In this document: positions 37,612 to 46,601 of the stretch, one piece after another
Position numbering within the stretch: the stretch's first letter is position 1
How the letters are laid out: every line of letters starts with the position of its first letter
Notes under the pieces: generated by a model
Databases searched by the model: none
The model's input: the letters and a program-made list of their open reading frames with translations, nothing else
What the model was told of the DNA's origin: nothing
DNA from: Deltaproteobacteria bacterium
GTDB lineage: Bacteria; Myxococcota_A; UBA9042
Reading direction: 5' to 3'
Assembly: GCA_020632665.1 (NCBI GenBank)
Contig: JACKFC010000008.1
Location: forward strand, 71,557-135,556
Length of the DNA stretch: 64,000 nt
Made by a program: the position numbers and the translations under genes

Positions 37612-38193
37612 ATGACCGAATCAGTCAACGTCGTGTCGGAAGAGCAACAGCAGCCCGAGGCCGCGGGCGCCGGCCCCGACAGCCTCGAGGCCCGCGCCGC
37701 GCTCGGTGCCGAGATCGCCAGCAACCTCTGCCAGATGATGGGTCTGCCCATCGACGCGGTACAGGGCTCGGTCGACGGCGACGCGATCGTGGTGCGCATC
37801 GACGGCGACCTCGGTGACGCCGAGAACCTCGACGGCCGCGCCTGGGAGTCGATGCAATTCCTGCTCAACAAGGCCGTGCATCGCTCGGGTGGTCGGCGCT
37901 GCCGGTTGCACCTGCGGGTCGAGGGCTTCCGCAGCCGCCGGCGCGATCCGCTCGACGCCGTGGCCATGGCGCTCGCCGACAAAGCCGCGAAGCTGCAGCG
38001 CGTGATCACGCTCGGTCCGCTCGACGACGAAGATCTCAAGGCCTGGTCGGGTTCGCTGCAGCGCCACCGCGGCACCAACCTCGGTCAGACCGGAAGCGAC
38101 GAGGCGCGCCGTCTCGTGATCGCGCCCGAAGGCCACGAGGCCGATGGTGGTGGCCGCAACCGTCGTCGCCGTCGTCGCAAGCGCCGCAACTAG
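37612..38193 (+). CDS. Jag/KhpB(EloR)-like protein, degenerate
   Basis: Position after yidC; KH-like (SMQFLLNKAV, VEGFRSRR) and R3H-like layout (GSDEARRLVI). Confidence 0.65.
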   Translation: MTESVNVVSEEQQQPEAAGAGPDSLEARAALGAEIASNLCQMMGLPIDAVQGSVDGDAIVVRIDGDLGDAENLDGRAWESMQFLLNKAVHRSGGRRCRLHLRVEGFRSRRRDPLDAVAMALADKAAKLQRVITLGPLDDEDLKAWSGSLQRHRGTNLGQTGSDEARRLVIAPEGHEADGGGRNRRRRRRKRRN

Positions 38194-38200
38194 CGACGGG

Positions 38201-38704
38201 TCAGCGCTTGGTCTGCTCGTCGAGGTAGCGGGTCAACTGCTCGACCAGCTTGGCCATATCGGCGCCGAACTTCTGGTCCGCTTCGCCCCAGGCCACCAGT
38301 GCAGCCTCGCGATCGCGGTCGTCCTTGGCCGCGCCGAGCCGATCGACGAGCTTGGTCGTCTGCTCGTTGTAGTCGCTCAGCACCTTCTTCAGCGTGGTGT
38401 GGATCTCCGCGAGCTGGGTGGTCCCTGGCGTCGGATGATCGCTCGCCAACTTCGAGAGTCGGGCCACCTCGGGCAGCAGATCGGTCTTGAACTTCGCCAG
38501 CATCTCCGAGGGCTCGGCGACGTGGAAGAGGTCGACACGAACGCGGTTCATCTTCGTCAGGCTGGGCTTGGCCTCCTCGAGGAAGCCCTTGTAGCCACGG
38601 ATGGCCTCGAAATCGGGGCCGCCACAAGCGGGCAAAGCGAAGAGGAGGGTCGCGGCGAGTAGGCTGCGCAGCGCGAAGCGACGAGCGACGAGCGAACGGT
38701 GCAT
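38201..38704 (-). CDS. Hypothetical helical lipoprotein
   Basis: Signal with lipobox LPAC followed by amphipathic helical sequence. Confidence 0.7.
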   Translation of the reverse strand: MHRSLVARRFALRSLLAATLLFALPACGGPDFEAIRGYKGFLEEAKPSLTKMNRVRVDLFHVAEPSEMLAKFKTDLLPEVARLSKLASDHPTPGTTQLAEIHTTLKKVLSDYNEQTTKLVDRLGAAKDDRDREAALVAWGEADQKFGADMAKLVEQLTRYLDEQTKR

Positions 38705-38973
38705 TCTCTTGCAGTCTCCCGTTTGGCGTTGGAGCGCCCTGCGACGCGCCGCGACTCTAGCCCAGCGTTTGCGACCTGTCGACTGCGCACCCCCCCGGCA
38801 GACCCTTGCGATCGTGTAAACGTCGGGACGATCTCGCCGCCACCGGCCAAGCAAGCCCTCGCGGCGGGTTGCCGCTGCCCCCCCGGCGATCTATCCTCGC
38901 CTCCCCAATTTCGCGCTTGGCCGGGGGCTCGCAACAGAGTCCCACGCGGGTCGCGACCGATGGATGGCTGCAG

Positions 38974-41900
38974 ATGTCCCAGACTCGCATCGCTGACCGC
39001 TTTACCGTCATCAGCACCCTCGAAGAGGGCAAGCTCGGGACGCTCTACCAAGTCGACGACAACGGCACCCCCGCGCTGCTGTTGGTCCTCGACGCGGCGG
39101 CGACCCAGGATGACGCGACCCTCGAGGCGATCATCGCCGACAACCGCGCCCTGGCATCGAGCCATGACGCGCTGCTGACCAACGCCTGGGGCATCGCCGG
39201 CGACCAGCGCTGGCTGCGCACCGAGGCGACCGGGGGGCGACTGCTCTCCGAGCACCTCGCGGCGCGCGCACGGGTCGGTCACGACGAGGTCCTGCGCCTG
39301 GGTCGGTCGCTCGGCAAGGCGCTCGAAGAAGCCGAGGCCCACGGCACCCGCCACCTCGACCTCGGCCCGCATCGCGTGCTGGTCGAAGGCGACGGCCTCT
39401 CCGGTGCGCCGCGGGTCTTCGGCTTCGGTTGGTGGCGCCTGCTCCCGGCGTGGGCCGGCAACGGCGACGACGCGTTCTATGGCGAGCCCGAGTTCATGCC
39501 CGCCGAGCTCTGTCGGGCGGAAGCGGCTGCCTCGACCTCGGACGTTTACTCCGCCGCGCTCGTGCTCTGGGCAACCGCGGCCGGCAAGCCGCCGTTCCGC
39601 TCGAGCCAGCCGCTGATGACGCTCAAGCGCCAAGCGATCGAGAAGCCGCTCCGGCTGGACCTGGTCAAGCCGACGCTCAAGGGCGTCAAGGAGATCGCTG
39701 CAGCGCTCGCGCCTGCCCTCGACAAGGCCCCGGAAGCCCGGCCGGTCGCCGCCGCCTTCCTCGGCGCGATCAGCGGGCTGGCCGAGAAATACGCGCCGGC
39801 GGTGCTGAGCGAAGAGCCCAGCGCGCCCGCCGGTCGTGCCGAGGCCTTCTCCGGCACGCTCGATCTCCCCAGCGCGGCACAGGTCGGCGCAGGCAATACG
39901 ATGCAGCTCGGCAGCGCGACGGTCGCCGCTCTGCGCGCCGCGATCGCAGACGTGCGAGACGGTGAAGGCGCCGGAGCCGACACCACGCTCAAGCTCTCTG
40001 CCGCCGAGGTCGCCGCAGCGCTCGGTGACCGCGAGCAGGCCGCCGGCGATCGCGCCACCGTCAAGACCGAGGCCGCGGACGATAAGGCCGCCGCCGAGAA
40101 GCAGGCCGCGGACGACAAGGCCGCCGCCGAGAAGGCTGCTGCCGACAAGGCCGCCGCCGAGAAGCAGGCCGCGGACGACAAGGCCGCCGCCGAGAAGGCT
40201 GCTGCCGACAAGGCCGCCGCCGACAAGGCCGCCGCCGAGAAGCAGGCCGCGGATGACAAGGCCGCCGCCGAGAAGCAGGCCGCGGATGACAAGGCCGCCG
40301 CCGAGAAGGCTGCCGCCGAGAAGGCTGCTGCCGACAAGGCCGCCGCCGAGGAGAAGGCCGCTGCCGAGAAAGCCGCCGCCGAGAAGCGGGCCGCGGACGA
40401 TAAGGCTGCCGCCGAAAAAGCCGCAGCCGCGCAGGCGACCGACGATTCTGACAGTGACGACGACGGCGACGACGGCGACGATTCCGACGATTCCGACGAT
40501 CGTCGTGGTCGCCGTGGCAAGCGCGGTCGCCGGCGCGGCAAGCGCGGTCGCGACAAGAACGACACTGCCGAGAGCAAGGCGGACGAGAAGAAGGCCGACG
40601 ACAGCAAGGCCGTCGTCGCCGCCGCCGCCGACGCAAAGAAGGCGGACGAGAAGAAGGCCGACGATAGCAAGGCGGACGAGAAGAAGGCCGACGATAGCAA
40701 GGCCGCCCTCGCCGCCGACCAGAAGAAGGCCGACGAGAAGAAGGCCGACGAGAAGAAGGCCGACGAGAAGAAGGCCGGTGGCGGTGGCGCCCGCCCCGCG
40801 ACCGGCAAGCTGCGCGTGGTCGCCGCCGAGAGCGCGTTCTTCACCGCGGACAGCGGCACGCAGCCCGCGGTCAGCGACCCGGCGCTCGAGAGCCCTGCCC
40901 TGCCGGAGCAGAAAGCAGGCCGTGGCGTGTTGCTCGCCATCCTGGTGCTCGGCTTCTTGATGGTGGCCTCGATCGCCTGGATGTATCTCAATGCGCAGAA
41001 GGCGCCGGTGCGGGCCGAGCAGAAGCCAGTGGAGCCCGCTGCAGCCGAGCCCGAGGCGGCTCCGGCTCCGGCCGCGGCGGCAGCAGCGCCCGACGAGGGG
41101 CTGCAGCGCGTCAACGCGTTGGTCGAAGAGGGCAACAAGGCGCTCTCCTCCGGTGACGCGGCCACCGCGTTGGCCAAGGCCAAAGAGGCGCTCGCGCTGC
41201 GCGCGGGCCACCCGCCGGCCGCCATGCTCGAGCGAATGGCCGAGGCCGATCTGCAGAAGGCCGCCGCTGCCCAGGTACCCGATGCCGGTGTGGCCGGTGC
41301 CGCTGTCGACGCCAGCGAGCCGGCCGAAGCTGCCGCCGACGCTGCCGCCGGCGCCGCTGCCGCTGCGGAGGCCGCTGCCGCAGAGAAAGCTGCTGCCGAC
41401 AAGGCCGCCGCCGAGGCTGCAGCTGCCGAGGCCGCTGCCGCAGAGAAGGCCGGAGCGGACAAGGCTGCCGCCGAGGCGGCCGCAGCGGACAAGGCTGCGG
41501 CTGACAAGGCTGCGGCTGACAAGGCTGCGGCTGACAAGGCTGCCGCCGACAAGGCTGCGGCTGACAAGGCTGCCGCTGACAAGGCTGCCGCTGACAAGGC
41601 TGCTGCGGACAAGGCTGCTGCGGACAAGGCTGCTGCGGACAAGGCTGCCGCCGACAAGGCTGCCGCTGACAAGGCTGCTGCGGCGAACAAGGCTGCTGCG
41701 GCGAACAAGGCTGCTGCAGCGAAAGCCGCCGCTGACAAGGCTGCTGCGGCGAACAAGGCTGCTGCAGCGAAGGCCGCCGCGGACAAGGCCGCTGCTTCCG
41801 CCAAGGCTGCTGCCGACAAGGCCGCTGCCGACAAGGCCGCTGCCGAGAAGGCCGCCGCTGCGAAGGCCGCCGCTGCGAAGGCTGCTGCGGACAAGGCTGC

Positions 41901-42105
41901 CGCGGCGAAGAAGCCGAGCGGGACGCAGAAGGTCAGCGCCAAGGAAGAGCAGGCCAGCAAGATGGCGAGCTTGGCGCAGAAGGCGAGCAACCCGAAGCTG
42001 AAGGTGCTCTACCTCGAGAAGGCCGTGAAGCTCGATCCGAGCAACGCGAAGTATCAGAACCTGCTGAAGATCGCGAAGGCCGAGCTGGCCGCCGAGCAGC
42101 AATAG
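38974..42105 (+). CDS. Membrane-anchored Ser/Thr pseudokinase with Ala/Lys/Asp-rich stalks and TPR-like segments
   Basis: Kinase-fold remnants (HLDLGPHR, VFGFG, FMPAE, SDVYSAALVLW, GKPPF); TM near 40927-40990; long KAAAD repeats. Confidence 0.8.
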   Translation: MSQTRIADRFTVISTLEEGKLGTLYQVDDNGTPALLLVLDAAATQDDATLEAIIADNRALASSHDALLTNAWGIAGDQRWLRTEATGGRLLSEHLAARARVGHDEVLRLGRSLGKALEEAEAHGTRHLDLGPHRVLVEGDGLSGAPRVFGFGWWRLLPAWAGNGDDAFYGEPEFMPAELCRAEAAASTSDVYSAALVLWATAAGKPPFRSSQPLMTLKRQAIEKPLRLDLVKPTLKGVKEIAAALAPALDKAPEARPVAAAFLGAISGLAEKYAPAVLSEEPSAPAGRAEAFSGTLDLPSAAQVGAGNTMQLGSATVAALRAAIADVRDGEGAGADTTLKLSAAEVAAALGDREQAAGDRATVKTEAADDKAAAEKQAADDKAAAEKAAADKAAAEKQAADDKAAAEKAAADKAAADKAAAEKQAADDKAAAEKQAADDKAAAEKAAAEKAAADKAAAEEKAAAEKAAAEKRAADDKAAAEKAAAAQATDDSDSDDDGDDGDDSDDSDDRRGRRGKRGRRRGKRGRDKNDTAESKADEKKADDSKAVVAAAADAKKADEKKADDSKADEKKADDSKAALAADQKKADEKKADEKKADEKKAGGGGARPATGKLRVVAAESAFFTADSGTQPAVSDPALESPALPEQKAGRGVLLAILVLGFLMVASIAWMYLNAQKAPVRAEQKPVEPAAAEPEAAPAPAAAAAAPDEGLQRVNALVEEGNKALSSGDAATALAKAKEALALRAGHPPAAMLERMAEADLQKAAAAQVPDAGVAGAAVDASEPAEAAADAAAGAAAAAEAAAAEKAAADKAAAEAAAAEAAAAEKAGADKAAAEAAAADKAAADKAAADKAAADKAAADKAAADKAAADKAAADKAAADKAAADKAAADKAAADKAAADKAAAANKAAAANKAAAAKAAADKAAAANKAAAAKAAADKAAASAKAAADKAAADKAAAEKAAAAKAAAAKAAADKAAAAKKPSGTQKVSAKEEQASKMASLAQKASNPKLKVLYLEKAVKLDPSNAKYQNLLKIAKAELAAEQQ
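41480..41900 (+). repeat. Intragenic 15-bp tandem repeats encoding DKAAA
   Basis: GACAAGGCTGCGGCT-type units repeated many times; a related AAAEKQAADDK block lies at about 40070-40430. Confidence 0.9.
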
Positions 42106-42224
42106 CCTGATCGCTGCGTCATGGCGCGTTGCCGCTTTCTGACAGCGATGTCATGATCGGGGCAGCTTGGCGATCGCCGCGTCAACGCGCCAAGGTTCTG
42201 AAAAGTCTGACGTTTGGGGGGGGA

Positions 42225-42788
42225 ATGACGGAACGGGGCACGGTTCTTGCGTCCCGTTCCAGGTGGTCCGTCCGTCGCCCGCGATCGATCGCGGCGCTGC
42301 GCGTCGTGACCGCCATGGTGTCGTCGTGCGTGTGGATGAGTCTCCTCGCCGGTTGTGTGGTCCCGCCTTCGGTCATCGAGCCGGAGCCCGAGGGGGCGCC
42401 GCTGCTGTGGATCGACACCAAGGACGTCGACCCGCCGCTGGTCGGCGATCTGACCCTGATCGGCAACGAGTCGACGCGGGAATTCCGGGTCCGCAGCGTG
42501 CAGACGACGTCCACGGTCAAGCAGCCGCTGCGCTACTATTGGTATTTCGACCTGGACCTGCGGGACGAGGTCGTCCCGGTGGCGACGTACACGCTCTGCC
42601 CGTCGAGTGCGGTCTGCATCACCAACGTCTGCGCCAAGATCAACGACAGCGATCGGCACACGGTGCTGCTGGTGGTCTCGGATCAACCGCTGCGCGACGC
42701 GGCGGCGACCGACCCCTTCGATTTTCCCGAGGGTACGGCCTACGACTGGGTGCAGTGGGGCGTCTACTCGAAGGTGGTGTGTCCATGA
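42225..42788 (+). CDS. Hypothetical lipoprotein
   Basis: Lipobox LAGC; ATGA overlap with next gene; exact start uncertain. Confidence 0.65.
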   Translation: MTERGTVLASRSRWSVRRPRSIAALRVVTAMVSSCVWMSLLAGCVVPPSVIEPEPEGAPLLWIDTKDVDPPLVGDLTLIGNESTREFRVRSVQTTSTVKQPLRYYWYFDLDLRDEVVPVATYTLCPSSAVCITNVCAKINDSDRHTVLLVVSDQPLRDAAATDPFDFPEGTAYDWVQWGVYSKVVCP

Positions 42789-44614
42789 ACCGCCGCCTGC
42801 TCACCCTGCTCATGTTGCTCGTGGCGATCGTGGGCTGTGGCGACCCCGTCGCGAGTGACGGCGGCGCGTGCCGGACCGACAACGACTGCGCCGCGGGCTT
42901 GCAGTGCTACGGCGAGCGCTGGTGCGTCAGCACGCCCGCCGAGGCGCGCGACATCGTCTTGCGCATGGCGCCGCCGCCCGGCAGCGACGCGGTGCTGGAG
43001 TATTTCGACGGCGCGGTCGGCGGCGGTAGCGCGATCGGTCAGGCTTGGCAGCTGACCCGACCGGCGGTGGTCCGTGGCACCGTGCTCCGCGCCGGCGACG
43101 CGCTCTCCGCCTCGATTCCGGGCCGCCTGCTGGCGACGGCGCCGAGCAAGGTCCTCGGCGCGAACCTGCGCTACGAGGCGCAGAGTCAGAACGCGTTGAC
43201 CTTCTTCGAGGGCGCGACGGTCCCGCACGGCTTCGAGCTGCGGCTGCAGGCCGGGCCGACCTACGACGTCGTCTTCTGGCCCGACAGCGCAGAGATCCCA
43301 CCCTACTACACCACCTGGACGGTCAGCGGCGACGCCGAGGGCTGGACCGTGCAGCTGACCGCCGAGGTCGACCTGATCAAGGTCCGCGGCCGCCTGCGCC
43401 GCGGATCGGCAGCGCCGCTCGCCTGCGACAAGGCCGGCGTCGGCGCGCACACCGCCTGCGCAGAGGATTGCACCGGCCTCGCCGGCCTGGTCGTGCAGCT
43501 GCAGGACGACGCCGGCCGGGTCCGCAGCAGTCGTTCGGTCACCGATGCCGAGGGTGCGTTCGAGGTCGCGGTCGACGCGGCCGCGGGCACCATGCGGCTC
43601 GCGATCTTGCCCGGACCCGACGCTTTGACCCCGATCCGTGGCCAGCTCGCCGCCGCGCTGGAGCTCGAGCCGCTGCGCAAGCTGGACCAGAAGGTCGTCG
43701 AGCTCGGCGACTTGCTCGCCGCCGGTCCGATCAGCGACGAGAGCCTCGGCTTCACCGTGGTCGACGCCGACGGCGAAATGATCCCCGGCGCCCACGTCCG
43801 CGTCCAGGCCGCGCTGCCGGTGGGGCAGAGTTGCGTCGCCGGGCAGGACGGCAAGGGTGTCACCACCCAGTCGCTCTTCTCCGACCTGCGGATGGAGCGC
43901 AAGGGCGTCACCGGCGCCGACGGATCGGTCGCCTTCGTCTTGCCGGCCGGCCAGGTCGAGGTCGACGCGGTGCCGCCGATGCAGCATCCGGCCGGGGCCG
44001 TGCACGCCGGCGTCGCGGTGACGGCAGCGTCGCCGGCGCAGATCGCGTGTCCGAGCCGGCGCGTGCTCAGTGGAACGCTGGTCGATATTCGCCAGGCCGC
44101 CGTCGCCGACGCCGGGATCCACCTCGAGCGGATCGACGCCGAGCCCGGCAAAGGCGGGGCGCAGCAGCCGCTGGTCTACGTGCAGACCGATCCGCAGGGC
44201 AATTTCGCGCTCCTCGTCGATCCCGGCCGCTACGCCGTGGTCGCGGTGCCACCGGAGGGTTCCGGCCTCGCCCGCGCGGTGGTCAAGGTCGTCGAGGTCA
44301 CCGCCGCCCACGACCCGCTGCCCCTCGCGCTGGTCTTGCCCGCTCCCTCGGTGTTGGTCGGCCGCGTCCTCGACGCCGACGGCAACCCGGCGCAGCAGAT
44401 CTTGGTCGACGTCTTCGCCCAGCAGGTCAGCAGCCTCGTCGTCCCCGACACGGGCGAAGGCGGGCAGAAGAACCCCGGCGGTGGCAGCGGTGAGCAATCG
44501 TTCGGCGACGCCGCCGTGCTCACCTTCGAGACCCATCGGCTCGGCAGCGTCACCACCGATATCGACGGCCGCTTCGAGTTGCTGGTGACCGCCGGACAGC
44601 TCGCCGCCCCTTGA
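42785..44614 (+). CDS. Lipoprotein with carboxypeptidase-regulatory-like (prealbumin-fold) repeats
   Basis: Lipobox IVGC; repeated G-x-V/L...TDxxGxFxL modules (VTDAEGAF, QTDPQGNF, TTDIDGRF). Confidence 0.7.
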   Translation: MNRRLLTLLMLLVAIVGCGDPVASDGGACRTDNDCAAGLQCYGERWCVSTPAEARDIVLRMAPPPGSDAVLEYFDGAVGGGSAIGQAWQLTRPAVVRGTVLRAGDALSASIPGRLLATAPSKVLGANLRYEAQSQNALTFFEGATVPHGFELRLQAGPTYDVVFWPDSAEIPPYYTTWTVSGDAEGWTVQLTAEVDLIKVRGRLRRGSAAPLACDKAGVGAHTACAEDCTGLAGLVVQLQDDAGRVRSSRSVTDAEGAFEVAVDAAAGTMRLAILPGPDALTPIRGQLAAALELEPLRKLDQKVVELGDLLAAGPISDESLGFTVVDADGEMIPGAHVRVQAALPVGQSCVAGQDGKGVTTQSLFSDLRMERKGVTGADGSVAFVLPAGQVEVDAVPPMQHPAGAVHAGVAVTAASPAQIACPSRRVLSGTLVDIRQAAVADAGIHLERIDAEPGKGGAQQPLVYVQTDPQGNFALLVDPGRYAVVAVPPEGSGLARAVVKVVEVTAAHDPLPLALVLPAPSVLVGRVLDADGNPAQQILVDVFAQQVSSLVVPDTGEGGQKNPGGGSGEQSFGDAAVLTFETHRLGSVTTDIDGRFELLVTAGQLAAP

Positions 44615-44683
44615 CGGGACGCCCCCGCAGGCCTTCTCTTCAGCCCCGCGTCGCGCTCCGGCGGCGCCAGCACGGAGATCGTC

Positions 44684-45646
44684 ATGCACAAGGTCGTCAT
44701 CATCGGCAGCGGCCCCGCCGGCCTCACCGCCGCCATCTACGCCGCCCGCGCCAACCTCGAGCCCATCGTCCTCGAGGGCGGCTTCCTCCCCTCCGGCGAC
44801 CTGATGACTCCCGGCGGTCAGCTCATGATCACCAGCGAGGTCGAGAACTTCCCGGGCTTCCCCGAGGGCGTCACCGGCCCCGAGCTGGTCGAGCGATGCC
44901 GCCAGCAGGCGCAGCGCTTCGGCAGCAAGCACCTCGACGCGGTCTGCGAGGACGTCGATTTCTCCGGCTTCCCGCTCAAGCTGCAGGTCGAGGGCGAGTG
45001 GATGGAGGCGGCGACCGTCATCATCGCGACCGGCGCGAACGCCCGCTGGCTCGGCTTGGAGTCGGAGACCCAGTACCAGAACCGCGGCGTCTCGGCCTGC
45101 GCGACCTGCGACGGCGCCTTCTTCAAGGACCAGGAGCTGATCGTGGTCGGCGGCGGTGATTCGGCGATGGAAGAGGCCGTCTTCCTGACCCGCTACGCCA
45201 GCAAGGTCACCCTGGTGCACCGTCGCGACGAGTTCCGCGCCTCGAAGATCATGGCCGAGCGCGCCATCAACCACCCCAAGATCACGGTCGAGTGGAACCG
45301 CGAAGTGGCCGAGGTCCTCGGCGACGGCAAGCGTGTGACGGGCGTCCGCCTCGCCTCGACCACCGGTGAGCCCGACAAGGAACTCGCCTGCGGTGGCGTC
45401 TTCGTCGCCATCGGCCACACGCCCAATACCAAGGTCTTCGAGGGCCACCTCGACCTGCGCTCGGACGGCTACCTCGAGGTGCAGGGCATGACCGGCACCC
45501 GCGCCAAGGGCGTCTTCGTCGCCGGCGATTGCGTCGATTCGCGCTACCGCCAGGCGATCACCGCCGCCGGCATGGGCTGCATGGCCGCGCTCGACGCCGA
45601 GAAGCTGCTCGAGGGCTACGAGGCCGACGGCCTGCTCGGCGACTGA
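44684..45646 (+). CDS. trxB: Thioredoxin-disulfide reductase
   Basis: IIGSGPAG, PGGQLMITSEVENFPGF, CATCDG, GGGDSAMEEA, FVAGD. Confidence 0.96.
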   Translation: MHKVVIIGSGPAGLTAAIYAARANLEPIVLEGGFLPSGDLMTPGGQLMITSEVENFPGFPEGVTGPELVERCRQQAQRFGSKHLDAVCEDVDFSGFPLKLQVEGEWMEAATVIIATGANARWLGLESETQYQNRGVSACATCDGAFFKDQELIVVGGGDSAMEEAVFLTRYASKVTLVHRRDEFRASKIMAERAINHPKITVEWNREVAEVLGDGKRVTGVRLASTTGEPDKELACGGVFVAIGHTPNTKVFEGHLDLRSDGYLEVQGMTGTRAKGVFVAGDCVDSRYRQAITAAGMGCMAALDAEKLLEGYEADGLLGD

Positions 45647-45676
45647 GCCACGCAGCCGAGGCGCTGCGGCAGGCGG

Positions 45677-46495
45677 CTACAGGTCGACCAGCCGCAGCGC
45701 CGCGCCCTGCATCGGGAAGAAGCCGCTGCCGACCCGACGGAAGCGCTCGAGTCCATCGGTGGCCAGCAATTCGGTCGCGCCGCTGCCCGTGGTGGCGCTC
45801 GGGAAGCGGGTCGCCAGCTCGTCGGCGATCGCTTCGGCCGAATCGATCAGCGCGACCTCGCGGCCCAGTCGGCGACCGAGCCACGCGGCGAGCGCCTCTT
45901 TGAACACAGGGTAATGGGTGCAGCCGAGGACCAGCGCGTCGATCGCGCCGGGGCCACGGCGCTCGAGCCACGGCCCGAGGTAGGCGTCGAGCGCGGCGTC
46001 GACCAGCGGCCCGGAGAAGAAGCCCTCTTCGGCCAACCCGACCAGCAACGGCGTCGCCTTGCCGTGGACCGACGCGCCTTGCCGCAACGCTTCGATCGCG
46101 AAGGTATAGGCGCCGGAGGCGACGGTGCGCTCGGTGCCGATCACGCCGATCTGGCCGGTCGGGCTCGCGGCCACCGCGCGCCGCGCACCCGGCGCGATCA
46201 CGCCCAGCACCGGCAGGCCACACTCGGCCTCCAGGGCCGGGAGCGCGCACGAGCTCGCCGTATTGCAGGCGACCACCAGCGCGTCGGCGCCGTCCTCGCC
46301 GAGCAGGGCCCGGGCGGCTTGCAGCGCGTAGCGGGTGACGGTCTCGGCGGTCTTGGTGCCGTAGGGCAGCCGGGCGGTGTCGCCGAGGTAGCGGAGATCT
46401 GCGCCGGGCAGCCGGTCGCGCACCGCCCGGGCCACGGTCAGGCCGCCGATGCCGGAGTCGAAGATGGCGATGCGGGGTCGGTGCGCGCTCTGCAT
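45677..46495 (-). CDS. murI: Glutamate racemase
   Basis: IFDSGIGGLTV, DTARLPYG, VACNTAS, LGCTHYP. Confidence 0.95.
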   Translation of the reverse strand: MQSAHRPRIAIFDSGIGGLTVARAVRDRLPGADLRYLGDTARLPYGTKTAETVTRYALQAARALLGEDGADALVVACNTASSCALPALEAECGLPVLGVIAPGARRAVAASPTGQIGVIGTERTVASGAYTFAIEALRQGASVHGKATPLLVGLAEEGFFSGPLVDAALDAYLGPWLERRGPGAIDALVLGCTHYPVFKEALAAWLGRRLGREVALIDSAEAIADELATRFPSATTGSGATELLATDGLERFRRVGSGFFPMQGAALRLVDL

Positions 46496-46601
46496 CGGCG
46501 GAGCATCGGGACGGCGTCGGTCGCGGTCAAGGGGCGCTGGCCGGGGGCAGGCGGGGTCGCTATGCTCTGACGTCGCTCGAAGTCGGCGACGGAGGCCGAA
46601 G

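Noticed and set aside
40070-41900. Tandem repeats as a possible CRISPR array
   Set aside because: No unique spacers, unit lengths are multiples of 3 within a CDS, and no cas genes are present; the same applies to 5230-5590
38557-42102. Long minus-strand ORFs (1181 and 814 aa) over the repeat region
   Set aside because: Stop-free antisense frames generated by the GCC/AAG/GAC repeats of the pseudokinase gene
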